This document shows positions 50,950 to 63,053 of a DNA stretch of 64,000 nt, piece after piece; position 1 is the stretch's first letter, and every line of letters begins with the position of its first letter. The position numbers were made by a program, and so were the translations under genes. Source of the DNA: Utricularia gibba (taxonomy: Eukaryota > Plantae > Magnoliophyta); the NCBI GenBank assembly GCA_002189035.1, contig NEEC01000021.1, positions 1,550,001 through 1,614,000 of the forward strand, given 5' to 3'. Under the pieces are notes generated by a model. It saw only the letters and a list, made by a program, of their open reading frames with translations. It ran no database searches and was not told the DNA's origin.

Positions 50950-52308
50950 CTAACCACCAGCTGAAAACAAACGTCTTAAGAGATCGGGATACGCCTTCAG
51001 ATAAACCTGTCAGCCTTGCGATGGCTTCAGTAAGAAAGAGCCTGTTTTTTCTCCTCTGTTTCAAAGTTTGAGAACATGCTGGATAGGCATACTGAATGAT
51101 GGTTTCACCTTTAGCACCAGCTTAGCCTTCTCCATCCCCATGGGATCCGGATGGATAGCACTGTATTCCCTCTCAATCTGTCACCAAAACAATGATGCAT
51201 ACATGGCAGTTAGCACCATGACTTTTTTATTAGAGTAACAGTGTGAAGGAGCGCCATACATTGCAGATATGGAGGGCTACGAATGCATGCGCATTATAGC
51301 TTATATGGGAGCACTGGTGGTAGAAGCTTAGAAGCTAGATATCATCATCGGGCCATGGAGTCCTCACTTTTCCGCCCATTCAATGGATCAAATGGAGCCC
51401 CTTCTACACGCCCTGCAGCAGGAATACCCTGAACTAACTGACCTCTTCCAAATGGGCAAGTCGGATGCGGGATCTTCAGACCAGTGAGGCAGAGAACACA
51501 AGTCGTTACCAGAAGGAAAGTGTAAGGAAACATTACGACTAATAGCACACTCATTTCTGCCTTTTCCCTTTTGGGTCCATTAAAGGTCCACACCCTTCCT
51601 GTTGGCGAGGATGGCTGGCCGGCCTGCTGAAGCCATTGTCTGTGGGAGGAAAGAAGGCAAAGATGAAGCTTGCTTTTGTTTCTTACACGAAGCTGAGATG
51701 GAGGGGCTAGGGACAGATCCTGGACAGTTTTGCTGACACTATGCAGTCCTGTAGAAATCCAGCAGATTGCCTCCACTACCTGATTTTTTTTTATGCAACC
51801 AACAGGAAACGTAATGGGGTACCAGTACTGTAATGAAGGGGCGGAACACACAAATCAATGCTTGTTCCACACCAAACCTTATTCTTCGAATTGTCTCATC
51901 AGCAGTAATCATAGTGAGAAGTCCTCTGTTTTCTTCGTTTGATAATCTTAACTCTTCCTAAGCTCAGTTATCAAATCTTCTTTCTCCTGAGGAGAATAAA
52001 CGGGTATGTCAAGAATCATGATCACATAGAATGAATACACGCTCAAGTTTTGCACTTGCCCAGTGCGCATACAAGCACCGTGGTGCTAGCACCTGAAGGC
52101 TGAAGTTCTCAGGCTCAGTCCATATAAAACCATTCAAAGTGCGTCAAGCATTCAACTCATCCCAGTAACCAAAACGCCATTACAGCGCGAATGCGTATCA
52201 AATACAGAAACTGCCCAAAGCTCCACAAGCTAAATGCGAAAATGAAATCTAAATCTTCTACATGAATCACCCACCCGACGCTGCTATATCATAAGGCTCG
52301 TAATCCAT
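50950..52308 (-). pseudogene. EML: EMSY-like (ENT + Agenet) EML gene remnant
   Basis: MDYEPYD start; ENT exon 51986-51878 EKEDLITELRK(E)LRLSNEENRGLLTMITADETIRRIR; then (R)*WRQ with TAG at 51776-51778; VPSPSISASCKKQK; FDPLNGRKVRTPWPDDDI* (TAG 51335-51337); IEREYSAIHPDPMGMEKAKLVLK; LTEAIARL. Confidence 0.82.
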
Positions 52309-53625
52309 GAGCAGCTTGCAGACCGAATCTGTGATCACCCACAGCTCCCAGCTATAAAACCGATAGGAAGCCTTATCGTAGCAGAATTAGGGAGGACAGC
52401 ATGAGAAAGAAGCAATCTTGTTGGCGGCTACAATGATTCTCGGATGAAGGTAGCAGGAACACATTGGATGCCATTGCATTTTTCGTGCAAAATGTGCATA
52501 AGTAGTCTACCATCCAAAGAATTGCAATGATGGGTCGGAAAAGGTGAAGGGGCACATGGAAAGGAAACAGACGTCACAAGAGAACAAGATGGAAGGTTTG
52601 GGTCCGAATTCATTCCAAATAACCGCATGCGACAGAAGAACATGAATGTGTTGGACTCCACACCGCCCCAAGAGCAGAATGGCAGCAATTAGTCACACTG
52701 TCAACCGGGATCGATGAGATGGGTCACATGTTTGTCACCCCTGCCCCGCTGGGCTGGAGCCTTGCTGCCGCTGACTCACCGCCCGTCTCATGTGTCAATC
52801 GGCGAGGCAGCAATGGGCATGAGCTCTTTTAGGAGCCCTTTCCAGCTACACTTCCGTTCGTTTCAAGCTACTAAATTGGTGACCTCAGTCGTCACGATCT
52901 CGCTTGATTACAGAGAAAGCAGAGGACGAGCTGAGGCTCAACTGGGGCGCAGCAAGGAGCAGTAGTATTATTCATTGATTGAGTGAGCCAAGTGGGTGGC
53001 AGGGGCGGGCCCACTCTTTCCGACTGCCGCCTCCCCTCACAAAAGCAGCCAGGTGTTCGCCAGCTGTATCTTCGAGATCGGCGTCGTCCTGCTGCCCCTT
53101 TTGTCTTGTCCAAAGCTGTGTAAAGCAAAAAAATACCTTCTTTTTTTTTGTACAGGGACTAAAATGTAATATTTTATTATTTGAAAACTTGAATTATTTC
53201 TGATTAAAATGATTTATGTAAGTATAAGGCTATAATACGTTAATAGGTTTTTAAATCATAAATTAAAGACATAATTGCTGGCAACTGGGAAGGGAAGAAG
53301 AACAGGTAAAATGAGAGGCGGGCAGGCGCAGACCTGGTCCTGGTCCAACCCAGCCAAGCCAAGCCCCTCAGCTGAGCAGATATTCCGATCACTGCAATAA
53401 ATGCTACTCGTCGAGGGGAACCAGAGAAAAACGAATCACATCACACGTTGGTTCGCTCTTTCCTTGTCGTGGAAGAGTAGAATTCAAAATCGCTGTCCGG
53501 AAATCATTGCCATCTCTCTCAGTTTACGCGTCCGACTGATTAAAAGCGCCTCATAAGTTTACCAGAAGAAATCAGCGAGCCTGTATTTATCCTTCTTCAT
53601 TCGGGTTTCCTTTTTCTTGTCCGAG

Positions 53626-55680
53626 ATGGCTGTTTCCAAAGGAGGACGCAGAGCAAGCAACGGAGTTTCATTTCGGTTCCGTCTCCGGTGATCACCTCTA
53701 TTTCCCAGTCGTCCCTTGAGTCTCTGTTGCTTTCTCCTAGCAAGCAACAGAGACCCGTGTCCAGGATAAGAGCTTTATGCAAGAACCCGAGATTTTATGC
53801 TTTTTTTCTTTTTCTAGTGCTCTCTCTGTGGTTTATGAGGATTTGGCTTGACTTCGATCGTTTCTTGAGAACCCCATGTTCTGTTTCGCGAGAAAACGGC
53901 TTTGTTTCATCCGGGCTCTCGAGTAGGCAACCAGAACAAAGCTATGGGTTTGATGATAAAAGCGAGTTCTGGAAGCAGCCTGATGGCATGGGATACAAGC
54001 CTTGTTTGGATTTCAGCAAGCGGTATGAAATAGAGGGCGGTGAGATAGTCAAAGACAGAAGCAAGTATTTGTTGGTTGTGGTTTCTGGGGAATCAATCAA
54101 CAGAGGAATCAGATTGTCGATGCTGTTGTTCTTGCAAGGATTCTTGGTGCTGCTTTGGTTGTTCCCATTTTGCAAGTTAATGTTATCTGGGGGGATGAAA
54201 GGCTAGTAACATATTCTTCTTTGTCTTGATGATTTCTCCAACAAATTTTTGACCTTGATGTTTGTGATTGCTGCAGTGAGTTCGCTGATATATTCGACTT
54301 GAATCATTTCAAAAACGTTCTTGCAAACGATGTAAGGATAGTTTCTTCACTTCCCTCTACCCATTTGATGACTAGGCCTGTGGAGGAGAAGAGAATTCCC
54401 GTTCACGCATCGCCGGAGTGGATTCGTTCTCATTACCTTCGTCGGGCAAGTGAACTCCGAAAATCCGAAAGTTTTGCCCTTTTAAGTTTTATCTTGATGC
54501 TAATGACTTCGAATTCTCATACGTTTCTGCAGATCAGAAGAGATGGGGTTCTGCTTTTAAGAGGTCTTGACTCGAGGCTGTCCAAGGATCTTCCATCTGA
54601 TCTTCAAAAGCTTCGTTGCAAGGTGTGTTTTTTGAGATTCTTGTTTCCTCTGCTTCTTTTATTTGTAACCAGAACGCTGAATTTGCTGTATGTTTCACAG
54701 GTTGCTTTTCATGCTTTAAGATTTGCTCCACAGATAACTGAACTTGGCAACAAGCTAAGTGACAGGATGAGAAGTAAAGGACCTTATCTTGCCCTGCATC
54801 TACGGATGGAGAAGGATGTCTGGGTTAGAACAGGTTGTCTGCCGGGCTTAGCCGTGAATACGATGAGATTATTCGGAACGAAAGGAAGGCACGGCCGGAG
54901 CTCTTGACTTCACGGTTGTCGAACGTGTCATTCCATCACAGGAAACTTGCCGGATTGTGTCCTTTGAATGCCTTCGAGGTCACAAGGTAAACTTGTTTTT
55001 TTCGCTTTAGTATATAAACTGATTTGGATTTCGTTGATGCCTCAAATGGAAGTGTTTTTTTCAGGCTGCTTAAAGCTCTGGGTGCGCCATCAAACGCAAG
55101 GATCTTTTGGGCTGGAGGTATGCCTTTCGGTGGAAAAGAAGCATTGCTGCCATTGATGAAGGAATTTCCTTTTTTCTATAACAAAGAAGACCTTGCGTTA
55201 CCTGGGGAGCTTGAGCCCTATTCGAAGAAAGCTTCTACAATGGCTGCAATCGATTACATCATCTCCGAGAGAAGTGATGTTTTCATGGCTTCTCATGGGG
55301 GAAACATGGGGCATGCTATTCAGGTAATCTTTTTTGCCTGCTTGGGGAGCTGAAACTGAACCACTTTCGAGCCTTGCCGTGATTTTCTTGCAACCTTCCT
55401 AACTGTTGTTGTTTACTAATGCTGGATTTGTCTGAAACAGGGGTACAGGGCTTACTCAGGGCACAGAAAGACAATCATACCTAACAAAAGACAAATGCTC
55501 CCATACTTCTTGAACTCGTCTCTTCCTGAGAAGGAGTTCAATAGGATCATAATGGACTTGCATCTTGATTCTCTTGGACAACCTGAACTTAGAACGAGCA
55601 AAGCCGGAAGAGATGTGACAAAGTATCCCATACCAGAATGCATGTGTAACACGACGATGAAATCATCTCCTGAGAGCTGA
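53626..55680 (+). CDS. O-fucosyltransferase family protein (DUF246/GT106), OFUT20-like
   Basis: ISVPSPVITSISQSSLESLLLSP, FWKQPDGMGYKPCLDFS, YLLVVVSG(G)INQQRNQIVDAVVLARILG, LSKDLPSDLQKLRCK, YLALHLRMEKDVWVRTGC, AAIDYIISERSDVFMASHGGNMG, KYPIPECMC. Several homopolymer frameshifts. Confidence 0.92.
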
Positions 55681-56190
55681 TACCATCATACAAGTACCAA
55701 CTGAACAAACCCCTCTGATTCCTGCGGCCATGGTGGCTGAAGAGTGGTACTGAAATGGGGCTGAAGTTGAAACATGGAAGCTGGGAGAAATGTTAAAAGC
55801 AGCAGGCATGGCGTAGTGGTAGGATGATGTATTGGGTTCTCGATTCTTTCATTCTTTTGTTCACATGTATCTAGGGATGTACTCACCATGTGTATAAATA
55901 AACAATTTTCCAAATGCAATGATAAGAATTAAAACATCACAAGAGCCACTGGAATATCAGCGGTGGTTGCTTCTGTGAGAAAAAAAAAAAGAAAAAGGTA
56001 TACCTTGTGAACCTTTGGTATGTTGAACAAGTTTTGACTGGCTTCTGCAGTAGGCGAGGCAGTGAACAGAGAAAATTGATGAGCTGCAATCCAAACAAAC
56101 AGGTGATGTTTCCAGTCTTGATGTTGCACTCAAGTGGTTGGGACCACGGTTGCTCTAAGACGGCTACTGAAGGCAATGTTTATTGGCCTG

Positions 56191-57957
56191 CTATGTGGAT
56201 GCAGTCAATTGGGATGTCTGTTTTATGGTGTATGGCCATAGTGGCGACAGAGCCACAACTTTCCCTATAATAATCAGCGTGGGTGACACCAGCTGAAGTG
56301 ATGCAATCTCATCAGAAAGGCTCTTCAATGGAGCTAACACCTAGGAGATAAAAAAAAGTGTCTCATGAATCTTGATCTAAAGCATACCAATAACAAAAAG
56401 ATGTGCTTATGTTTCATGCAGAATATTACGATCTTTTGCTGCGGTGTAGTTCCTCGTTCGATGGCAGCAGCTGGTGTGTCATCTGGCAAGCCGTGAAGTA
56501 TAAGCTTGAGGCAAGTGAAGGTAGAGTGGCCAAACCCATATAGACAACAAGCGTGGAGTCAGGATCCGCAGCATTTTCTGCTACAAAGAGAGGATCTTTT
56601 CCACCTTGTTTTGAGTGCCCCGTTAGAAATCTAACACTGTTAGCGACTCCCCTGTGGGTCAGTGGGATTCCTAGCTCTGCAGCGATCCCTGAGGCTGCAG
56701 TTATGCCTGCCAATAGTTCAAATCAGCAAATGGAATGAAGTAGCCAGGCCACAACTCTGCCAGCATCTCAGTGTGTTTGTGTTCAAGTATAAGGAATGGC
56801 ATGAGAGCTAAAGTTAAAACCTTTGGCTAATAAAAAGGTCCTTGCATTATCAGAGAATTCATGAAATGCTTAACAATTTTGCTGCAACTAGAGTTGTTAT
56901 GACTGACTCTTGGAACAAGAGAACATCGCCAATGTAAACTATTGCTTGAGGCTTATTCAGTAGGGTGGTACATAAAGAGACTACCTGGAATGACTTTCAC
57001 TTCAATTCCTTGTTTTTGCAGGAAGTCCATCTCTTCACCGCCTCTTCCAAATACCTGAAAGTCATTAGACATTGTTCTCTTCATCAAAACCATGTGCAGA
57101 TAAACCATGCAGTAATCACTCATCTCAAAATGAGGTATAAAATCGATTTCGGTTAACTCACCAAGGGATCTCCACCTTTGAGCCTCACCACATTTGCTCC
57201 AGCTTCAGCAAAGCTCAAAAGCAAATCGTGGATTTCTTCCTGGTGCAGATGTAAACCTCGTCAATAACTAAGATATCCAAACTCATAATAAAAACGAAGC
57301 GGACAATAAGGTTTCACAACTCATAACCATGATACCAAACCAATCCCATATGCTCGTAAGGTTTTACAGCTTCTGCGATAAGCATGCACCACACAAATTT
57401 CAATGAGTGCAAGCTATATAAAGAAACAGGCCGAACCTGTGTTCTACTGTGGTATCCAGCAGTCTTGCCCACATAAAGAAGCCTGGCCTCCGCTCCCACT
57501 AAATCCAATACATCATTAGAAACAAGCCTATCATACAGCAAGAGATCAGCATTCTGAATCACTCTCAAGGCTTTCAGTGTCAGCAATTCTGGGTCTCCAG
57601 GCCCAGTACCCACCAAGAACACATTCCCAGGTCCTTTTCCCCAACCCCATTGACACTCTCCCTCTTTCCCCTCAAAACTTGAAGCAATTTCCTCAACTCT
57701 GGCAGTTGCAAAGCTATATCATAATCCCTGATGTATTCCTGATCAGGAGGAGGATACAAGCAAGTTGAACAAGACTGTGCCTCGTACAGCCAGCTCTCGC
57801 GATTGTATCTCTCGAATGAATGTTTTTCAGTGAAAGGTGATGACTTTTGTGAATCCAAAGAGAAGTGAATTGCAGAAACAGGGCTTGGGCTGAAAAATCT
57901 GAACTTTCGCAATGGAATCCCGCCTGGAGAAAATGGGATTCTGGGGGCTGCTGCCAT
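56191..57957 (-). CDS. UPM1: Plastid uroporphyrinogen III methyltransferase (siroheme pathway)
   Basis: Transit peptide from ATG 57957; [36 protein letters not shown]|[56 protein letters not shown]. Two -1 frameshifts. Confidence 0.95.
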
Positions 57958-58381
57958 TAGATGATTACTGAAGATTTTACCCTGGATGCATATATCAAAC
58001 TCAACCCAGCTTTCCGGGTGCATGGAGAGTCATTTCCCGTCATCACACACGACCTTTCGGAGATGTGAAGGCCGCCTGTCGTTGCTGAGTTAGCTTTGGC
58101 TTCCTCCTCCTCTCCCGGCATTTTAATTTTTGCTCCATTGCGCCGCTAAAGTGAACGGCAATGACGCAAAATACTAAACTGCGCTACTAAATTGAGCCGG
58201 CCCAGGTCCAAAACTACAATGTACCGAGAGATACTATAAATTTCTGGGAGGATTTGTTTGCTTCGGCCCGCCAGAATATTCCGCCGTAGAAATAACCCGG
58301 AGTCTGTGCCCTCTGATTTCTTCCCTAAAAAAGGCATAATAAAATCTCGTTCCAGGGTTTTGGGGAGGTTCTAGCCAACCC

Positions 58382-61300
58382 ATGGCCCGCACCCAGGTCG
58401 TCCGTCGGCTTCTGCCGGTATTCCTTCGCCTCTCGAGTTCATATACTCTTAATTGTGTTCATTGATGACTATGGGCTTTTCGTATTGCAGTTATTGGATA
58501 CGGTGTCAAACGGAGGCTGCAGAAGGAGTATTGTTACTTCATCGTGCAATCAAGCGTGGAGCTTTTTTGTTCGCCGCTCAAAAACTGGTACTTGGCTCAA
58601 GGCAGTAAGTGTAGAGATGTTTATTGGGTGATAAGTAGCTTGATTACGATGTTCAATGTTGTACAGATGGTTGCAAGAAATTGAGTGGTGTAAATATCGG
58701 ATTTCTCAGAAATAATGTCTATACGGCGCGGTCAATTCACGGAACTGGTAAATCATTTGCGCATGGAAGAGTTTCTCTGTTTCGTGATTTCTGTCGTTGG
58801 CTGATTTGGATTTAACGTCGAGAATCATGTATATAGTTTATCTGTAGGGGTTACCTTGAGTATTTTTACTATTCATTTCGAACAACCATACGTGACTAAC
58901 TGCCTCCACCCTGAATGGTTAAATGGAAGCGCAATGTATTGAGGATGCGTTGTTATGCTTTAGTTTTGAAGGAATTTTGCTTATGGACACGACATTATTA
59001 TGGTTACCTTGCTTATAATTTTTGTCACTTTATGGTGTAATCATCTTCCCAGGGAAACAGTCACGAGATTTTTATGATGTTCTTGGTGTCAGTAGAAATG
59101 CAACGGCATCCGAAATCAAGAAAGCTTATTATGGGGTAAGGAATACGTTGTCTGAATTTTTCTGGTTCCATACAAAGTTCGAGCATTTCCAAATTTTTTT
59201 AGTCGTGATTGTGATCTGTTGTAAACTGTCAAATTTTTAAGGCATTTTGATATTTAGTTGATTCGTAAAAAGCATATCTATGACCTGGTTGTCCACCTTT
59301 GCTAAGGGCTCGTGCTAACCATTGCAGTATTTCACACTTCATTGTTTCATTTGATTCACAGCTGGCGAAGCAGTTACACCCTGACACAAATAAAAGTGAT
59401 CCAGATGCTGAAAAGAAGTTCCACGAAATTCAAAAAGCCTATGAAGTACTTTCTGAACACCCTCCCCCCCCCACCCATGAAAAGGCTCATTTACAATTAT
59501 TAACGTGTTGAGACTTTCTGTAATGTTATCTGCGTTGTCAACATTCGTAGGTCTTGAAAGATGAAGAGAAGCGCCAGCAGTACGATCAGGTTTGAGAAGG
59601 CTTCTCTCCTAGTTACACGAGCACCATTAGATTGAAAAAAATAAAGAAAATTGCTACTGAAGAGCCTGCAATTTGGCGTTGAGTGTCTTGTGAATTCTAC
59701 TAAAATGGCACTTTGTTTCTGAATGAAGCAATTTGGTGTTAATTTTTGCTACGTTTTGCTGATGTGTCAATCATTTTCATTTTATGGTCTGAATGTTCTT
59801 GTATATTCAGTGTAACTACTTTGTATGGGACGTTGATGTTGAGAAGAAACATTGAAATCTTTTTTTTTTTTTCTGCTTGTGTCATTTATATTCAACAGAT
59901 TGGTCATGAAGCTTTTGAACGTGCTTCTGCTGGTGAAGGGGGTTATGGCCCATTTGAAGGTGGCTTCAATCCCTTCGAGGCTATTTTCAGGAATTCTGGT
60001 GTAAGCGTTTTAGCCCATGGCATTATTAACTCCTAGCTTCCATTTCATGTTGAGCTAATATCTCTTCTTTTGACATGGAAAACTTATTTGGAGATCAGTT
60101 CGGCTCAATCTTTGATACAGACATGGGTGGTGAAGATGTTAAGGTTATTTCCAATTTCGAATCCTTGATTGATTTTGATGCAATCTTGACAGATCCATCC
60201 CTCATTTCTGGATGTTCCAGTAATAAAATTTCTTAATATAATTTAGGTTGCCATTGAAATTTCCTTCATGGAAGCTGTCCAGGGATGCAGCAGGACACTG
60301 TCTGTTGTGACTGATTTGGCTTGTGATACATGTGGTATTTTTCGCATGAAATTTAATTTAACAAGAGCATTTCAGACTACCTTGGAACTTATTATGCGTC
60401 ATTATTTTTTTATTTTTGCTTTAGGTGGGACTGGTGTCCCTCCTGGGACCAAGCCTCAAACTTGTAAACGGTGCAAAGGTTCTGGGATGGTGAGTATCAG
60501 TGATATTTCTCTCCCGGTTTGTTCTGAGTGCTTCCTAAAATCTATTCCATGTTCCAGGCAATATCACAAAATGGTTTTATGACAATCCAATCAACATGTC
60601 CAAATTGTCAAGGAACTGGGAAGATTGTTTCTGTATGTGTCAATCTCATGCAGAAAATGTTGCTGTGCAATGTTACTGATAACTTCTTGTTTTTCGCAAC
60701 AGAGTTTCTGCAAGTCTTGTAAGGGTAAGAGGGTGGTCAAAGGGTCAAAGACAGTGACAGTGAATGTCATGGCAGGTGGATTCATTGATAACCTTGTTTT
60801 TATTATTTTTCTTTGATTCGTTATGTTCTAAGAATTGCAATATTATTGGATAAATATATGACGTGGGAAATCAAATATCATCTAAAGATATGTTGGTTAG
60901 ATTGTTAAAGAGAATAATCTGTAGGGTTATTTTGTGTTGTCCTAACATTGCTACCATCATATGGTTGCTTGTAAAAAAAATATGTTGTTTTTCTGGTGGA
61001 AAGATGGCCATGAACAAATATATGAATTTCTGTAGGGGTGGACAACAATGAAACTCTTAAAATTCCAAGAAGTGGTGGAGCTGACCCTGATGGATCTCAC
61101 CCTGGTGATCTTTATGTCATGATTAAGGTTGGAAAAACCTGTACTTCCTATTGGGCTTCCCTTCTTTCTCATACTCAAATATTGCTAAAAAAACATGCTT
61201 ATTTTTTCCGCTTCAAAGGTCCGTGAAGATCCAGTATTCCGTAGGGAAGGTTCTGATATCCATGTTGATGCAGTGTTGAGTATCACTCAGGTAAATGCTT

Positions 61301-62186
61301 ATGCATTTGTCTGCAACTGTGCAGGCAAAATGCTTTTTTTTTTTTTATAATTTGGTTCGGCATATCTCCCATTCATTTACCTAGCCTTTGCTAGTTGGAC
61401 CTGTAGTTCTACTGAACTAGCTTGTTCTGATTCTCTCAAAATCGATTTTACTAGTTCACAAATACGGCCCTTGTTTATCAGTACTCGTGACGTGCAGGCA
61501 ATTTTGGGGGGCACTATCCAGGTTCCTACTCTAAGTGGAGATGTTGTCCTTAAGGTTTGTTATTAAAATCTCCAGATTCATTTTCCTGAACCTCCGCACG
61601 CACTCATTATTTCGTCTTCTGTTTCTGGTGCAGGTGCGCCCTGGAACTCAACCTGGGCAAAAAGTGGTCTTGAGGAAAAAGGGTCAGTCTCTCCATCCTT
61701 ACTCACGCCAATAGTTCCGTTCAAGTTGCTTAAGCGCATTTTCTGCAAGAATTTCGTCCGAGCGGACAGACACCATTGACATCAGAACGGCATCTTTTAT
61801 CCCTTTCGGCATGTTTAAGTTGCTCTCATTCCATGATACCTTGACGTATTTGAAAACAGCATGTCTGGAATCCACACACAGTGGCATGTAGTGCACAAGG
61901 TTGAGTTTTGTGTGTTGTTGATGCAGGGATAAAGACCCGCAACTCCTATTCCTTTGGTGATCAGTTTGTCCACTTCAACGTTCTCATTCCAACGTGAGTT
62001 GGCGTCCATTGATTATTATTCCAGGCACCCACCCAATGCACACGACTCACTCTCTGTCTCCTGCATGTTGTGTATATCTCCAGGGACATAACCTCCCGGC
62101 AGCGGGAATTGATTGAGGAGTTTGTGAAGGAAGATGAGAGGCAGGATGAGAGGAGGGGCGTTACCGCCGCCGCAGCCTCCGGATAG
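58382..62186 (+). CDS. GFA2: Mitochondrial type I DnaJ/Hsp40 (GAMETOPHYTIC FACTOR 2 type)
   Basis: J domain [24 protein letters not shown]|[13 protein letters not shown] region, Zn-finger repeats (CDTC|[28 protein letters not shown]), [44 protein letters not shown]; stop at 62184-62186. Confidence 0.92.
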
Positions 62187-63053
62187 GCCGACCATTGCCC
62201 AGGACGGCATCTACTAGTTTGGAATTTTTAGTACAAGAAACCTCATGTAACTCACCAACCAGCAAGACAGCAACCCAGAGGTAGCAGTAGTAATTAATTT
62301 TATATTTTTTTCAATACAAAATCACACGGTTAAAACTTAAAAACTAAATCACAGGATTTTATAATCAATAAAAGAACACATGACTTGGGCCGAGCCTGGA
62401 GTAACAAAATGGAGGCCCAAGTTATTTCCCTTCGATCCACTACCACCGTTTTTTTGAATTTGAGGCCGGTCAAAGATGGGCCGAAGCCGATAGAATGATC
62501 GGGGCGCTGTCTGTGCTAAAATGGATTACTTTCCCGGAATCCATCTGAATTTGGTCTGACACTTCGACATGCGGCCCAATTCCAGCTGGGCAACCCAGCA
62601 CAGACAGCGTTGGCCCGCTTATTGTATGAGCTAAAGAACTGGCGTCCCAGGCCGTGAATTCACAAACATGGTGGTGGATCGAAGGGAATGCGGATATGCG
62701 GCCGTCGGAATCCCTTGGGATGGATTCTCTGGTGCGCTTCCCCATCTCTGGATGAACATAAATCGCTGCGATTCCAGGCATTAACAGGAGGGTGATGAAC
62801 CATTTTGATGGAGAAACAGACCAGACGTCTACAGAAGATGCGCCTTCAGCGGGCTTCCCATGACCATATTTATTAAAAAGAAGAGAGGTATGTATCACTA
62901 GGAGGAGCAATATCAAGGCTTACTCCTGAGGAGACCCAAAAATGGTGCCGCCGCCAACCGCAACCTTGGGTGTGATACTTCTTCTGGACTAGACAGGATT
63001 CCTCCTGTTCTAAGAATGAAGGAAAAATAATATCAGGGAGAAACCTAGTTTCT

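Noticed and set aside
52726-52743. Partial miR398-like sequence (gtcacccctg)
   Set aside because: Only the 3' 10 nt match; no seed match and no star arm.
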